Source: Methylorubrum extorquens
GTDB lineage: Bacteria > Pseudomonadota > Alphaproteobacteria > Rhizobiales > Beijerinckiaceae
Length of the DNA: 32,000 nt
Direction: 5' to 3'
Assembly (NCBI GenBank): GCA_900234795.1
Contig: LT962688.1
Location: forward strand, 4,530,001-4,562,000
The notes beneath the pieces are model-generated. The model was not told the DNA's origin and made no database searches. It saw nothing but the letters and a program-made list of their open reading frames with translations. Positions 17,515-25,499 of this stretch are shown here, one piece after another; position 1 is the first letter of the stretch; each line of letters starts with the position of its first letter. Position numbers and translations under genes: made by a program.

Positions 17515-18891
17515 GTGCCCCAGTCCCAAGCGAGCGCCCTGCGCGATGTCGTGCGCGCCACCTATCGGCGCGCGGGGCTCGACAAGTCCGAGACCGAACT
17601 CCAGGCCCTGCTTCCCACCGTCCGACCGCTGATCGACTTCGATCCGCGCCAGGCGCGCGAGGCCGACATCGTCGGCCTGCTGGGGAAACTCAGCTTGCAG
17701 GACGCGTCCCTGCCCGCCGCGCCCGGCCCCGTCTCCCTGATCCGCACCCTGTCGAAGGAGCCGCTGGCTGCCTATGGCGGCACGACGCCCGACATCACCA
17801 CCAAGTCGGTCACGGAACTCGCCGCCCTGCTGGCAAACGGCACGATCACCTCGCGCGAGATCGTGCTCCAGTACATGTACAAGATCCAGAAGCTCGACCA
17901 TGCCGGTCCGGCTCTGCGATCGGTGACGGAACTCAACCCCGAGCTTCTGACCATCGCCGATCGCATGGACGCGCAGCGCGCCGAGGCGAAGGCCAAGGGC
18001 GAGACCTTGCCGGCGCTGTTCGGCATCCCGATCCTGGTGAAGAACAACATCGACACCGCCGATGCCATGCGCACGACGGCGAGTTCGCTGGCGCTGTTCG
18101 GCTCGAAGCCCGCCGACGATGCCGCCCTGATCGCACAACTGCGCGAGCAGGGTGCCATCATCATGGGCAAGGCCAACATGAGCGAGTGGGCCAACTTCCG
18201 TACGGGTTTCCCGGACATCAGCCCGGACGGCGGCGTCGCGTTAAATCCCCTCAATCCAGTCCTGTTCGCCTCCGGCTCGAGCCACGGCTCCGCGATCGCG
18301 GCCGCGATGCGATTTGCACCGGTCACCCTGGGCACGGAAACCAACGGCTCGCTGATGGGGCCGGCGACGACCCACCATATCTGGGCGCTCAAGGCCACGC
18401 CGGGCCTCGTCAGCCGGACGGGCGTCATCCCGGGCTTCGCGATCGTCGATACGCCGGGCCCGATGGGCAACACCGTGGCGGATCTCGCCATCGTCATGAA
18501 CGCCATGAAGGGCCGCGACGCCGCCGACCCGCTGAACGCGGCCTATACGGGCGACCGGACCATCGACTTCACGCAAAAGCTGAACGGCGACCTGACCGGT
18601 ATCCGGATCGGCACGCAGATTTCGGACCCCCAGATCGATGCCCTGTTGAAATCCCTCGCCACCAGCGCGAACGCGACGGTCGTCAACTTCACCGCGGCCA
18701 ACCAAGCAAGCGCCGCCCACAGGGCGATCGCCAGCCTGTCGGATGCCGACCTCGCGGTGTTCTACACGCAGGTCACGCGGAACACGCTGCCAGCCGATGA
18801 GGCGGCGAGCGCTGCCATCCTGGACGCGTATCGCACCAACCTCAACGGACTGAACGGGACGTTCGCGTATGTTGATTTCTACGGGAAATAA
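17515..18891 (+). CDS. Amidase-signature family protein, N-terminal and catalytic part only (ends at TAA 18889-18891, in frame with the next ORF)
   Basis: ORF 17515..18891, GTG start. Amidase-signature elements are present: GIPILVKNNID (Lys), SGSSHGSAIAAA (a degenerate GGSSGGS), and GTETNGSLMGPA (nucleophile Ser region). There is a roughly 100-aa N-terminal extension with no signal peptide. The domain appears incomplete at the stop. Confidence 0.8.
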   Translation: MPQSQASALRDVVRATYRRAGLDKSETELQALLPTVRPLIDFDPRQAREADIVGLLGKLSLQDASLPAAPGPVSLIRTLSKEPLAAYGGTTPDITTKSVTELAALLANGTITSREIVLQYMYKIQKLDHAGPALRSVTELNPELLTIADRMDAQRAEAKAKGETLPALFGIPILVKNNIDTADAMRTTASSLALFGSKPADDAALIAQLREQGAIIMGKANMSEWANFRTGFPDISPDGGVALNPLNPVLFASGSSHGSAIAAAMRFAPVTLGTETNGSLMGPATTHHIWALKATPGLVSRTGVIPGFAIVDTPGPMGNTVADLAIVMNAMKGRDAADPLNAAYTGDRTIDFTQKLNGDLTGIRIGTQISDPQIDALLKSLATSANATVVNFTAANQASAAHRAIASLSDADLAVFYTQVTRNTLPADEAASAAILDAYRTNLNGLNGTFAYVDFYGK

Positions 18892-18909
18892 GCGGGAACA
18901 TCCCTATAT

Positions 18910-21900
18910 TTGGTTCGAAAATACATCGATGCGTATCTCGCCGAACGCGTCGGGAATCCCGCGGATTACGACAGCGCGGTCGTGCGGCTCATGGGCCCGA
19001 CATACAAGCCGCTCTCCAGCGACAAATCGCAGTTCGCCAAAGACCTGATCGACGTCGTCGCCTCCGATAAACTCAACATAGAAGCGCTCTATGAGATCGC
19101 CCCGATTCTCCGCCGCTTAGGGGATGATGTACTTCAGATAACCATCAGAAAGACATCCGAAGAATACGCCCGTGAAGCTGGTTTTGCATCGCAGGCCGCG
19201 TATGACGCCGCGATCGAGAACTGGAAACAGATCACCACTCAGGTGCTCAACGGGATCCGCAAGGAGTTGGGGGCCGACGTCATCGCAACCGGTCTGACCA
19301 TTACGAGCCAGTTCATAGGAAGCTCCGCCGCCTACGCCAGCTCGCCGAATCTCGCCGTACCGGTCGGACCGGGGGACGCGCCGGCACGGATGGTCCTCAG
19401 CGCCGACAACTTCCAAGACGAGCTTCTCCTGCGGGTCGGCCATGCCCTGGAGAAGGCGCTCGAAACCCCGGAATTCTCGGCCCTCAAAGCCAGGCAGCCG
19501 TCGCCTCCCGAGACGGGCTTCACCAATCAGCCGGCCGACCGGGGCCCGCTTCTGCCGTTGGTGCTGCACGATCTCGACGATCACGGCCGGGCAACGCTGG
19601 CCCATCTCCTCACCACCGAGATGGCCCCCCTCGTGCTCCACACCACCGGCAAGCTCGCCCTGCCCACCTTCGACGGACGCATCTCCGGCAATGGCGGCCT
19701 GATCAAGGAGGCCGACGGCGTCCAGGCCCTCACCGGCGACAGCGACTTCACCGGCACCATCCAGATCTGGAAGGGCGCCCTGGCGATCGACCGCAACCAG
19801 GCCCTCGGCAGCGCCGCCAACGCCGTCAGCCTCGAAGCCGGCAGCGCCCTGATCGCCAGCCGCAGCCTCACCCTGGCGCGCGACCTCGTCCTGAAGAACG
19901 GCGGTGCCCTCGGCGCCGGAGCCGAGATCACCCTGATCGCCGACGGCGTGATCGCCGGCAATGGCGGCCTGACCAAGACCGGGGCCGGCCAGCTGACCCT
20001 GGCGGGCCTCAACACCTATACCGGCGGCACCCGCGTCGCCGAAGGCGTTCTGGCCGTCGCCGCCGATGCCGGGCTCGGCCAGGATTACGGCGCGCTGCGC
20101 TTTGCCGCCGGCACCGGCCTGCTCGTCACCGGCAGCTTCGCCACCCAGCGGCCGTTCCAGCTCGACGGGGAGACCCACCTCTCCATCCGGGCCGGAGCCT
20201 CCCTGACGGTGAACAACCTCATCGACGGCGCCGGCAGCCTCGTCCTCGACGGCGGCGGCAGCCTCACCCTGGCCGCGGCCGCCAACCGCTTCGCCGGCGG
20301 CATCCAGCTCAAGGCCGGCACCCTCGCCCTCGACGGGGCCGGCGCCGCCGGGCTCGGCCCGATCCGCTTCGAGGCCGGGCCCCAGACCCTCGTCCTCGAC
20401 GCCGCCGCCTTCCAGGCCGGGGTGTTCGGGGGCACGATCGCCCGGTTCGGCACCGCCGACACGATCAGCCTGGCCGATCTCGCCTACACCACCGGCGCCA
20501 CCGCCCAGTACGATCCCACCGCCCAGGCGCTGACCGTCGTCAGCGGCGGCCTCACCCGCCAGCTCACCCTGTCCGAGGTCGGCCGCGGCGGCTTCACCCT
20601 GGCCTCCGACCCGGCCGGCGGCACCCGCGTCCTGCTCACCGGCGTGCCCGTCGGCCTCGCCGCTTCGGGGCCGGGCCTCGACGCCCAGGGCAACGGCCTG
20701 CTGAAGGCCGGGGCCGTGCTCACCTTCACCGTCGAGATGTCCGATCTCGTCACCGTCGAGACCGGCGCGGGCCGCCCCGTGCTGGTCCTGTCCAACGGAG
20801 CGGAGGCGGCCTATACCGGCCAGCCGAACGGCGGGAGCCTCGGCTTCGCCTACACCGTCGCCCCCGGACAGGACAGCAAGGCCCTCACCGTCGCCCGGCT
20901 CGACCTGCGCGGTGCCGTCATCCGCGACACCGGCGGCCACGTGGCCGACGTGACGACCCTTCCCGCCGCCCCGTCGGGCACGATCACCCTCGACACCACC
21001 GCACCGACGCTGGCCCTGGCGGCGCCGCCCACCACGGTCGAGGCCAGCTCCGCCGCGGGCGCGGCCGTGAGCTTTGCCGCCAGCGCTGGGGACGGCGTCG
21101 ATCCGGCCCCGCGCGTGGTGTTCCGCGCGGGCGACGCGGTGGTGTCCTCGGGCCAGACCTTCGCCATCGGCACGCACAGCGTCACCGCCACCGCCTTTGA
21201 CGCCGCCGGCAATGCCAGCGCCCCGGTCTTGTTCGACTTCACGGTGCAGGACAGCACCGCACCAACGCTCGCCCTGACCGCGGCACCGCCCGGCACCATC
21301 GAGGCCAGCTCCGCCGCGGGTGCGGCCGTGAGCTTTGCCGCCATCGCCGGGGACGGCGTCGATCCGGCGCCGCGCGTGGTGTTCCGCGCGGGCGACACCG
21401 TAGTCTCGTCCGGCCAGACCTTCGCCCTCGGCACGCACAGCGTCACCGCCACCGCTTTCGACAGCGCCGGCAACGCCAGCACCCCGGTCTCGTTCGACTT
21501 CACGGTGCAGGACAGCACCGCACCGACGCTCGCCCTGACGGCGGCGCCGCCCGCCACGGTCGAGGCGAGCTCCGCCGCGGGTGCCGCCGTGAGCTTTGCC
21601 GCCAGCGCCGGGGACGGCGTCGATCCGGCCCCGCGCGTGGTGTTTAGGGCCGGCGACACCGTGGTGACCTCGGGCCAGACCTTCGCGCTCGGCACCCACA
21701 GCGTCACCGCCACCGCTTTTGATGCTGCCGGCAATGCCAGCGCTCCGGTCTCGTTCGACTTCGCCGTGACGACCCCGGTCGCGCCGGCCACGGCGAGCTT
21801 CGACTTCGCCCTGAGCCAGGCCAGCCTGCGCCAGGCCCCGGGACACATCGCTCTGATCGGGCCGGACGGCCTGAGCTACGACGTCACCGCCGTCGAGACC

Positions 21901-22707
21901 TTCGTGTTCAGCGATGGCGTCGTCCGGCAGAAGGACGCCGCCCCGCTGGTCGACGACCTGTTCTACTACGCCGCCAACCCCGACGTCTGGCAGGCCCAGA
22001 TCGATGCCGAGGCGCACTATGCCGCCTATGGCTGGCGCGAGGGCCGCGACCCGAACGCCGCCTTCTCGACCGGGGGCTATCTCGCCGCCAACCCGGAGGT
22101 GGCCGCGGCCGGCCTCGACCCGCTGGTCCACTTCGCGCAAACGGGCTGGAAGGAGGGCCGCGATCCCGCTGCCGGCTTCGACGTCGAGCTCTACCTCGCC
22201 CGCTATCCGGAGGCGCAGGCGGCCGGCCTCGATCCGCTCAGCCACTACCTCGCCCAGGGCCGGGCCGAGGGCCTGGCCGCCCATACCGCGGTCGGACGCC
22301 CGGCCGATCTGGCCGAGCAGGGCGGCTTCGACGCGCAGGCCTATCTGCTGTCCAACCTCGACGTGGCCGAGGCGGCCCGGGCGGCCGGGGGCGACAGCTT
22401 CGCCTTCGCCCGGACGCACTATACGACCTACGGCTGGCAGGAGGGGCGCAACCCGAACGCGGTGTTCGACACCAAGGGTTATCTCGCCGCCTACGGCGAC
22501 GTGGCCGCGGCCGGGATCGATCCGCTCGCCCACTATGTCCGGTACGGCGCGGCGGAGGGCCGCGACCCTTCCGCCGGCTTTGACGGCAAGGCCTACCTCG
22601 CCGCCAACAGTGACGTGGCCGCGGCGGGGCTGAACCCGATGCTGCACTATCTCCAGTACGGCGCCGCCGAGGGCCGCAGCGTCTTCGCCGACGGGCACTT
22701 CGCCTGA
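18910..22707 (+). CDS. Large repeat protein: amidase C-terminal segment + PATR beta-helix repeats + Ig-like domain + 3 HYR-like domains + 6 C-terminal repeats
   Basis: ORF 18910..22707 (TTG start; the true start is unknown), same frame as 17515..18891. The first ~200 aa end in DVIATG...PNLAVPVGPGDAPARMVLSADNFQDELLLRVGHALEKAL, like an amidase C-terminus. GNGGLTKTGAGQLTLAGLNTYTGGTRVAEGVLAV is a textbook autotransporter-associated beta-strand (PATR) repeat. Third-position GC is very high in this frame. Confidence 0.85.
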   Translation: MVRKYIDAYLAERVGNPADYDSAVVRLMGPTYKPLSSDKSQFAKDLIDVVASDKLNIEALYEIAPILRRLGDDVLQITIRKTSEEYAREAGFASQAAYDAAIENWKQITTQVLNGIRKELGADVIATGLTITSQFIGSSAAYASSPNLAVPVGPGDAPARMVLSADNFQDELLLRVGHALEKALETPEFSALKARQPSPPETGFTNQPADRGPLLPLVLHDLDDHGRATLAHLLTTEMAPLVLHTTGKLALPTFDGRISGNGGLIKEADGVQALTGDSDFTGTIQIWKGALAIDRNQALGSAANAVSLEAGSALIASRSLTLARDLVLKNGGALGAGAEITLIADGVIAGNGGLTKTGAGQLTLAGLNTYTGGTRVAEGVLAVAADAGLGQDYGALRFAAGTGLLVTGSFATQRPFQLDGETHLSIRAGASLTVNNLIDGAGSLVLDGGGSLTLAAAANRFAGGIQLKAGTLALDGAGAAGLGPIRFEAGPQTLVLDAAAFQAGVFGGTIARFGTADTISLADLAYTTGATAQYDPTAQALTVVSGGLTRQLTLSEVGRGGFTLASDPAGGTRVLLTGVPVGLAASGPGLDAQGNGLLKAGAVLTFTVEMSDLVTVETGAGRPVLVLSNGAEAAYTGQPNGGSLGFAYTVAPGQDSKALTVARLDLRGAVIRDTGGHVADVTTLPAAPSGTITLDTTAPTLALAAPPTTVEASSAAGAAVSFAASAGDGVDPAPRVVFRAGDAVVSSGQTFAIGTHSVTATAFDAAGNASAPVLFDFTVQDSTAPTLALTAAPPGTIEASSAAGAAVSFAAIAGDGVDPAPRVVFRAGDTVVSSGQTFALGTHSVTATAFDSAGNASTPVSFDFTVQDSTAPTLALTAAPPATVEASSAAGAAVSFAASAGDGVDPAPRVVFRAGDTVVTSGQTFALGTHSVTATAFDAAGNASAPVSFDFAVTTPVAPATASFDFALSQASLRQAPGHIALIGPDGLSYDVTAVETFVFSDGVVRQKDAAPLVDDLFYYAANPDVWQAQIDAEAHYAAYGWREGRDPNAAFSTGGYLAANPEVAAAGLDPLVHFAQTGWKEGRDPAAGFDVELYLARYPEAQAAGLDPLSHYLAQGRAEGLAAHTAVGRPADLAEQGGFDAQAYLLSNLDVAEAARAAGGDSFAFARTHYTTYGWQEGRNPNAVFDTKGYLAAYGDVAAAGIDPLAHYVRYGAAEGRDPSAGFDGKAYLAANSDVAAAGLNPMLHYLQYGAAEGRSVFADGHFA
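20998..21777 (+). repeat. Three tandem coding repeats (258, 261, 261 bp), each encoding an HYR-like Ig domain
   Basis: Units start at 20998, 21256 and 21517 (ACCGCACC[G/A]ACGCT...). The encoded units read TAPTLAL..VEASSAAGAAVSFAASAGDGVDPAPRVVFRAGD.VVSSGQTFA.GTHSVTATAFDAAGNAS.PV.FDFTVQDS. Nucleotide identity between units is roughly 85-90% by eye. Confidence 0.9.
21961..22680 (+). repeat. Six degenerate 36-48-aa coding repeats (Y-L-A-x-N-P-D-V-A-A-A-G-[LI]-D-P-L-x-H-Y-x-x-x-G-x-x-E-G-R-D-P)
   Basis: Read from the translation: FYYAANPDVWQAQIDAEAHYAAYGWREGRDP; YLAANPEVAAAGLDPLVHFAQTGWKEGRDP; YLARYPEAQAAGLDPLSHYLAQGRAEG; YLLSNLDVAEAA...THYTTYGWQEGRNP; YLAAYGDVAAAGIDPLAHYVRYGAAEGRDP; YLAANSDVAAAGLNPMLHYLQYGAAEGR. 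Confidence 0.75.
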
Positions 22708-23103
22708 CGCCCGCTTCCCAGCGAGGCTGAAATCCGCGCCGGCAGGGGGCGGGCCGGCTGGCCTCTCGAGGTCATCCGATCCGCCCCCGTGCCGATCCGT
22801 CTGCGTGCCGTGCAGCCGGCCAAGAAACAGTATCGACGGCGGAGCTACGGCATGCGGCCGGGCGGACATCTCCCACGCGAGCCACCAAAAGGACGACCTT
22901 CGAGACGAGCTACTGATGCTGCGGAAGAGCTACCGCTTCGCCGAAGGCTGCGGCCGGTCGAACGGGTAGAAGTGGCGGTGTGCGGGGCGGATCGGCACGG
23001 TCCTGCCACGCTAGCACGGCAGCAAGGCTGAGGAATTCCCCAGTGCCTCGCCGTCCCTCGGAATTCCTGCGCTCGAGTCCTCAGCGCCGATCCGGTCGGC
23101 ACG

Positions 23104-23673
23104 CTAGGTCGCGAACCCACAATGTCTGGCACGGTTGAGCCGCGGCATCGTTAGCCCTCTGAGCAGGAGGAGCCGGATGGCGCGGTTTGACCTGACGGAT
23201 GCGGAGTGGGCGGTGATCGAGCCGCTGTTGCTGACGGACGTGCGCGGCAAGGAGCGCGTGCACGACCGGCGGGTCCTGAAGGGGATCTTCTGGCGGCTGC
23301 GCACGGGCGCACCCTGAGCCGATATCCCGGCGGGCTATAGTCCGCATACGACCTGCGGCAACCGCTTCCGGCGCCGGCGCAAGCGTGGCATCTGGGATCG
23401 GCTTCTGGACCCGGTGTCAAACGCTTACGACGGCGACCTGCAGATGTTCGACGCCACTAGCGTGCGGGTGCATCAGCATGCAGCCACAAACAGGTGCTGG
23501 CCTTCAGACCGTTTTTGTACAGGTTCCGCAACTTCGTGGAGCGCTTCTTCAGCAAGATCAGCGCTTCCGAGCTGTTGCCACGCGCTACGACAAGGATCCC
23601 GACAACTTCCTGGCCAGCGTCAAGCTCGCAGCCCTGCACGTATGGCTGCGAGCTTTATGAGTCCGCGACCTAG
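23104..23673 (+). mobile_element. Miniature, decayed IS5-family element (IS427-like transposase remnant) with terminal inverted repeats
   Basis: The ends CTAGGTCGCGAACCCACAATG (23104-23124) and the reverse complement of 23653-23673 (CTAGGTCGCGGACTCATAAAG) match at 17 of 21 positions. Inside: ATG 23177 (GGAGGAG RBS), MARFDLTDAEWAVIEPLLLTDVRGKERVHDRRVLKGIFWRLRTGAP, then TGA (23315-23317) where family members have Trp. This is followed by ADIPAGYSPHTTCGNRFRRRRKRGIWDRLLDPVSNAYDGDLQMFDATSVRVHQHAATN. The catalytic core is missing, and the element ends (shifted frames) FRNFVERFFSKIS / FRAVATRYDKDPDNFLASVKLAALHVWLRAL*. Confidence 0.8.
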
Positions 23674-25115
23674 CCCGGAGCGAGGCCGAGCAGGGTGCCG
23701 AGCGGGACGACGAGGGTAGCGCCGGCGTAGAAGCCGTCCTTGGCGCGCCGCGCGGTGAAGGGGTTCCAGAACGAGTTCGGGTTGACCACGTACTGGACCA
23801 CCGGCTCGATGATCACGCCCGCGCCGACATCGAAGTGCGCATTGGCCTCGAACACGAACTTGTCGCGCGAATACGGGGCACCCGAACCGCCCGAGATGAA
23901 GTTCGCGTCAGAGAGGAACTGCGTGTAGTTCTCCGATAAACGCTGCCAGTTCATCTTCAGGCCGTAGCTGTCGTTGGGCCGGCTCTGGTCGGGCGCGTCG
24001 AGGCGCACGCCGACGAACGAGTTGAAGCGGATCGGCACCGTCGGATCGAACGAGTAGCCCGTGCCGGTATAGAGCGAGATCGCCGTCGGGTGCGGGTTGG
24101 CGACCAGGCCGCCATCGGCGCGCCAGACCGTCTGCGTGCCGGTGAGCACGATGCCGGACGTGCCCGATTTCTGCAGCACCGGGGCGCCGGGGTTCAGGCC
24201 CTTCGAGGTGCCGAACACCGTCTTGAAGTTGTCGTCGTGATCGGCCGTGTTGAAGAAGCCGGTGAGCGAGGCGCGGCCGGGATAGGCGGTCATGGTGTAG
24301 TCGGTCTTGGTGCCGATCTCGGTCATCACCAGCGCGCCCGAGAGCCGCTCGTAGCCGAAATCGTAGCCCGACAATGCGTTGGTGCCGGGGTTCACCGAGA
24401 AGGCGCCGGCCTGGACGTAGCTCGTCGGCGAGAGCTGGTAGGCGGCGTTCGCGCCCCAGACCGCGTAGAGCGGCGAGGTGAAGCCGGCATTGATGTAGAA
24501 CAGGTCCTGGAAGCAGGAGTTGATCGAGTTGCACGGCGGCAGGCCGTAGTAACGATCGGGGTGGGTGCGGCCGACCTCGATGACGAGGCGATCGTCGAGG
24601 AGCTTCTGCTGGTAGGTGAGCAGCGAGAGGCGGTTGTTGTTGGGGTTGAACGGCGGCTGGTAGCCGACCGTGGTGTCGCCGATATCGGCGGCCATGTTGA
24701 GGTTGCGGACGTTGCCGAAGAAAGTCTGCGTGAACTTGATGGTGCCGCCACTGATGTTGGCGATGCGCTGCATGTCGGCGGTCATGGAGAGGACGAAATA
24801 GGTCGAGTTCGACTGCTCTCCGGTGCGCAGGCCGGCCGAGGGATTGGCTTGGTAGAAGTTGTAGATGTTGATGTCGAAGGTGAGCCCGCGCTCGGCCATG
24901 TGGGTGGCCCAGGGCGCCAGCGGGCCGACGCGGACGGGATCGCTGGGTTTCTCGGCGATGCGCGGATCGGTGCGCGGCTGGGTTTGATCGTTGAACTGGC
25001 CCACCGGCGAGGGTTGTTGCGCGGAGACGCTCACGGGCAGGCCGAAGGCCAGGGCGCCGAGGAGCGTGCCGGCCGCCCATGCCATTCGTCCGGGCCGAGC
25101 CGATCCCCGTTCCAT
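23670..25115 (-). CDS. OprB-family carbohydrate-selective porin
   Basis: ORF 23670..25154. Start placed at ATG 25115, giving the signal peptide MERGSARPGRMAWAAGTLLGALAFGLPVSVSA/QQ (ATG 25085 and 25154 are alternatives). The beta-rich, aromatic and Gly/Asn-rich sequence with ...EPVVQYVVNPNSFWNP... near the C-terminus resembles OprB porins. Confidence 0.8.
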   Translation of the reverse strand: MERGSARPGRMAWAAGTLLGALAFGLPVSVSAQQPSPVGQFNDQTQPRTDPRIAEKPSDPVRVGPLAPWATHMAERGLTFDINIYNFYQANPSAGLRTGEQSNSTYFVLSMTADMQRIANISGGTIKFTQTFFGNVRNLNMAADIGDTTVGYQPPFNPNNNRLSLLTYQQKLLDDRLVIEVGRTHPDRYYGLPPCNSINSCFQDLFYINAGFTSPLYAVWGANAAYQLSPTSYVQAGAFSVNPGTNALSGYDFGYERLSGALVMTEIGTKTDYTMTAYPGRASLTGFFNTADHDDNFKTVFGTSKGLNPGAPVLQKSGTSGIVLTGTQTVWRADGGLVANPHPTAISLYTGTGYSFDPTVPIRFNSFVGVRLDAPDQSRPNDSYGLKMNWQRLSENYTQFLSDANFISGGSGAPYSRDKFVFEANAHFDVGAGVIIEPVVQYVVNPNSFWNPFTARRAKDGFYAGATLVVPLGTLLGLAPG

Positions 25116-25160
25116 TCCGTGTCCGCCGCGTCGCATCTTACATTCCCCTTGCATTGCCGG

Positions 25161-25192
25161 TTGCGGCCAAGACTTCTTGTGGCCAAGACTTC
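25161..25192. promoter_or_regulatory. Perfectly adjacent 16-bp direct repeat upstream of the porin gene
   Basis: TTGCGGCCAAGACTTC (25161-25176) is immediately followed by TTGTGGCCAAGACTTC (25177-25192), matching at 15 of 16 positions. It lies 46-77 nt upstream of the chosen porin start. Any regulatory role is inferred from position only. Confidence 0.3.
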
Positions 25193-25499
25193 ACTGATCT
25201 TTGGGGTTGTCGTGCTGTGCAATGCACAACCGTACCGCCCCAGGATCCGCGTGGCTGCCGAACGCTCCGCAAAAGCCGTTCCACAGCCGATGACCGGTTT
25301 ATGGTTTTGATCGGATGATCGGTTGCCATTGGTCTTGGCTCCCGACCCGTCTGATTCCGTTGCAGTATGATCAAACCTCACGCTTTTGCGTATTTTTTGA
25401 TCATAATCCTCTGACTCTACTAGGCTGACACTCACGAACGCACACGGTCAACTCCCAATTTGGTCTTTTTGGATTTTGCGGCATCGGGCTTGCAATGAG

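Noticed and set aside
20998-21777. A repeat array considered as a possible CRISPR
   Set aside because: The units are 258-261 bp, contiguous without spacers, in frame, and encode an Ig-like domain. This is not CRISPR architecture, and no cas genes are nearby.
18910-22707. Calling the giant protein a classical autotransporter
   Set aside because: PATR repeats are present, but there is no C-terminal beta-barrel translocator and no terminal aromatic residue. The N-terminus has no Sec signal.
19117-22869. 1250-aa ORF on the minus strand opposite the giant repeat gene
   Set aside because: It is a shadow ORF typical of high-GC DNA. The product is Arg/Gly/Ala-rich with no recognisable motif. The plus-strand frame has near-saturated third-position GC and clear PATR/HYR motifs.
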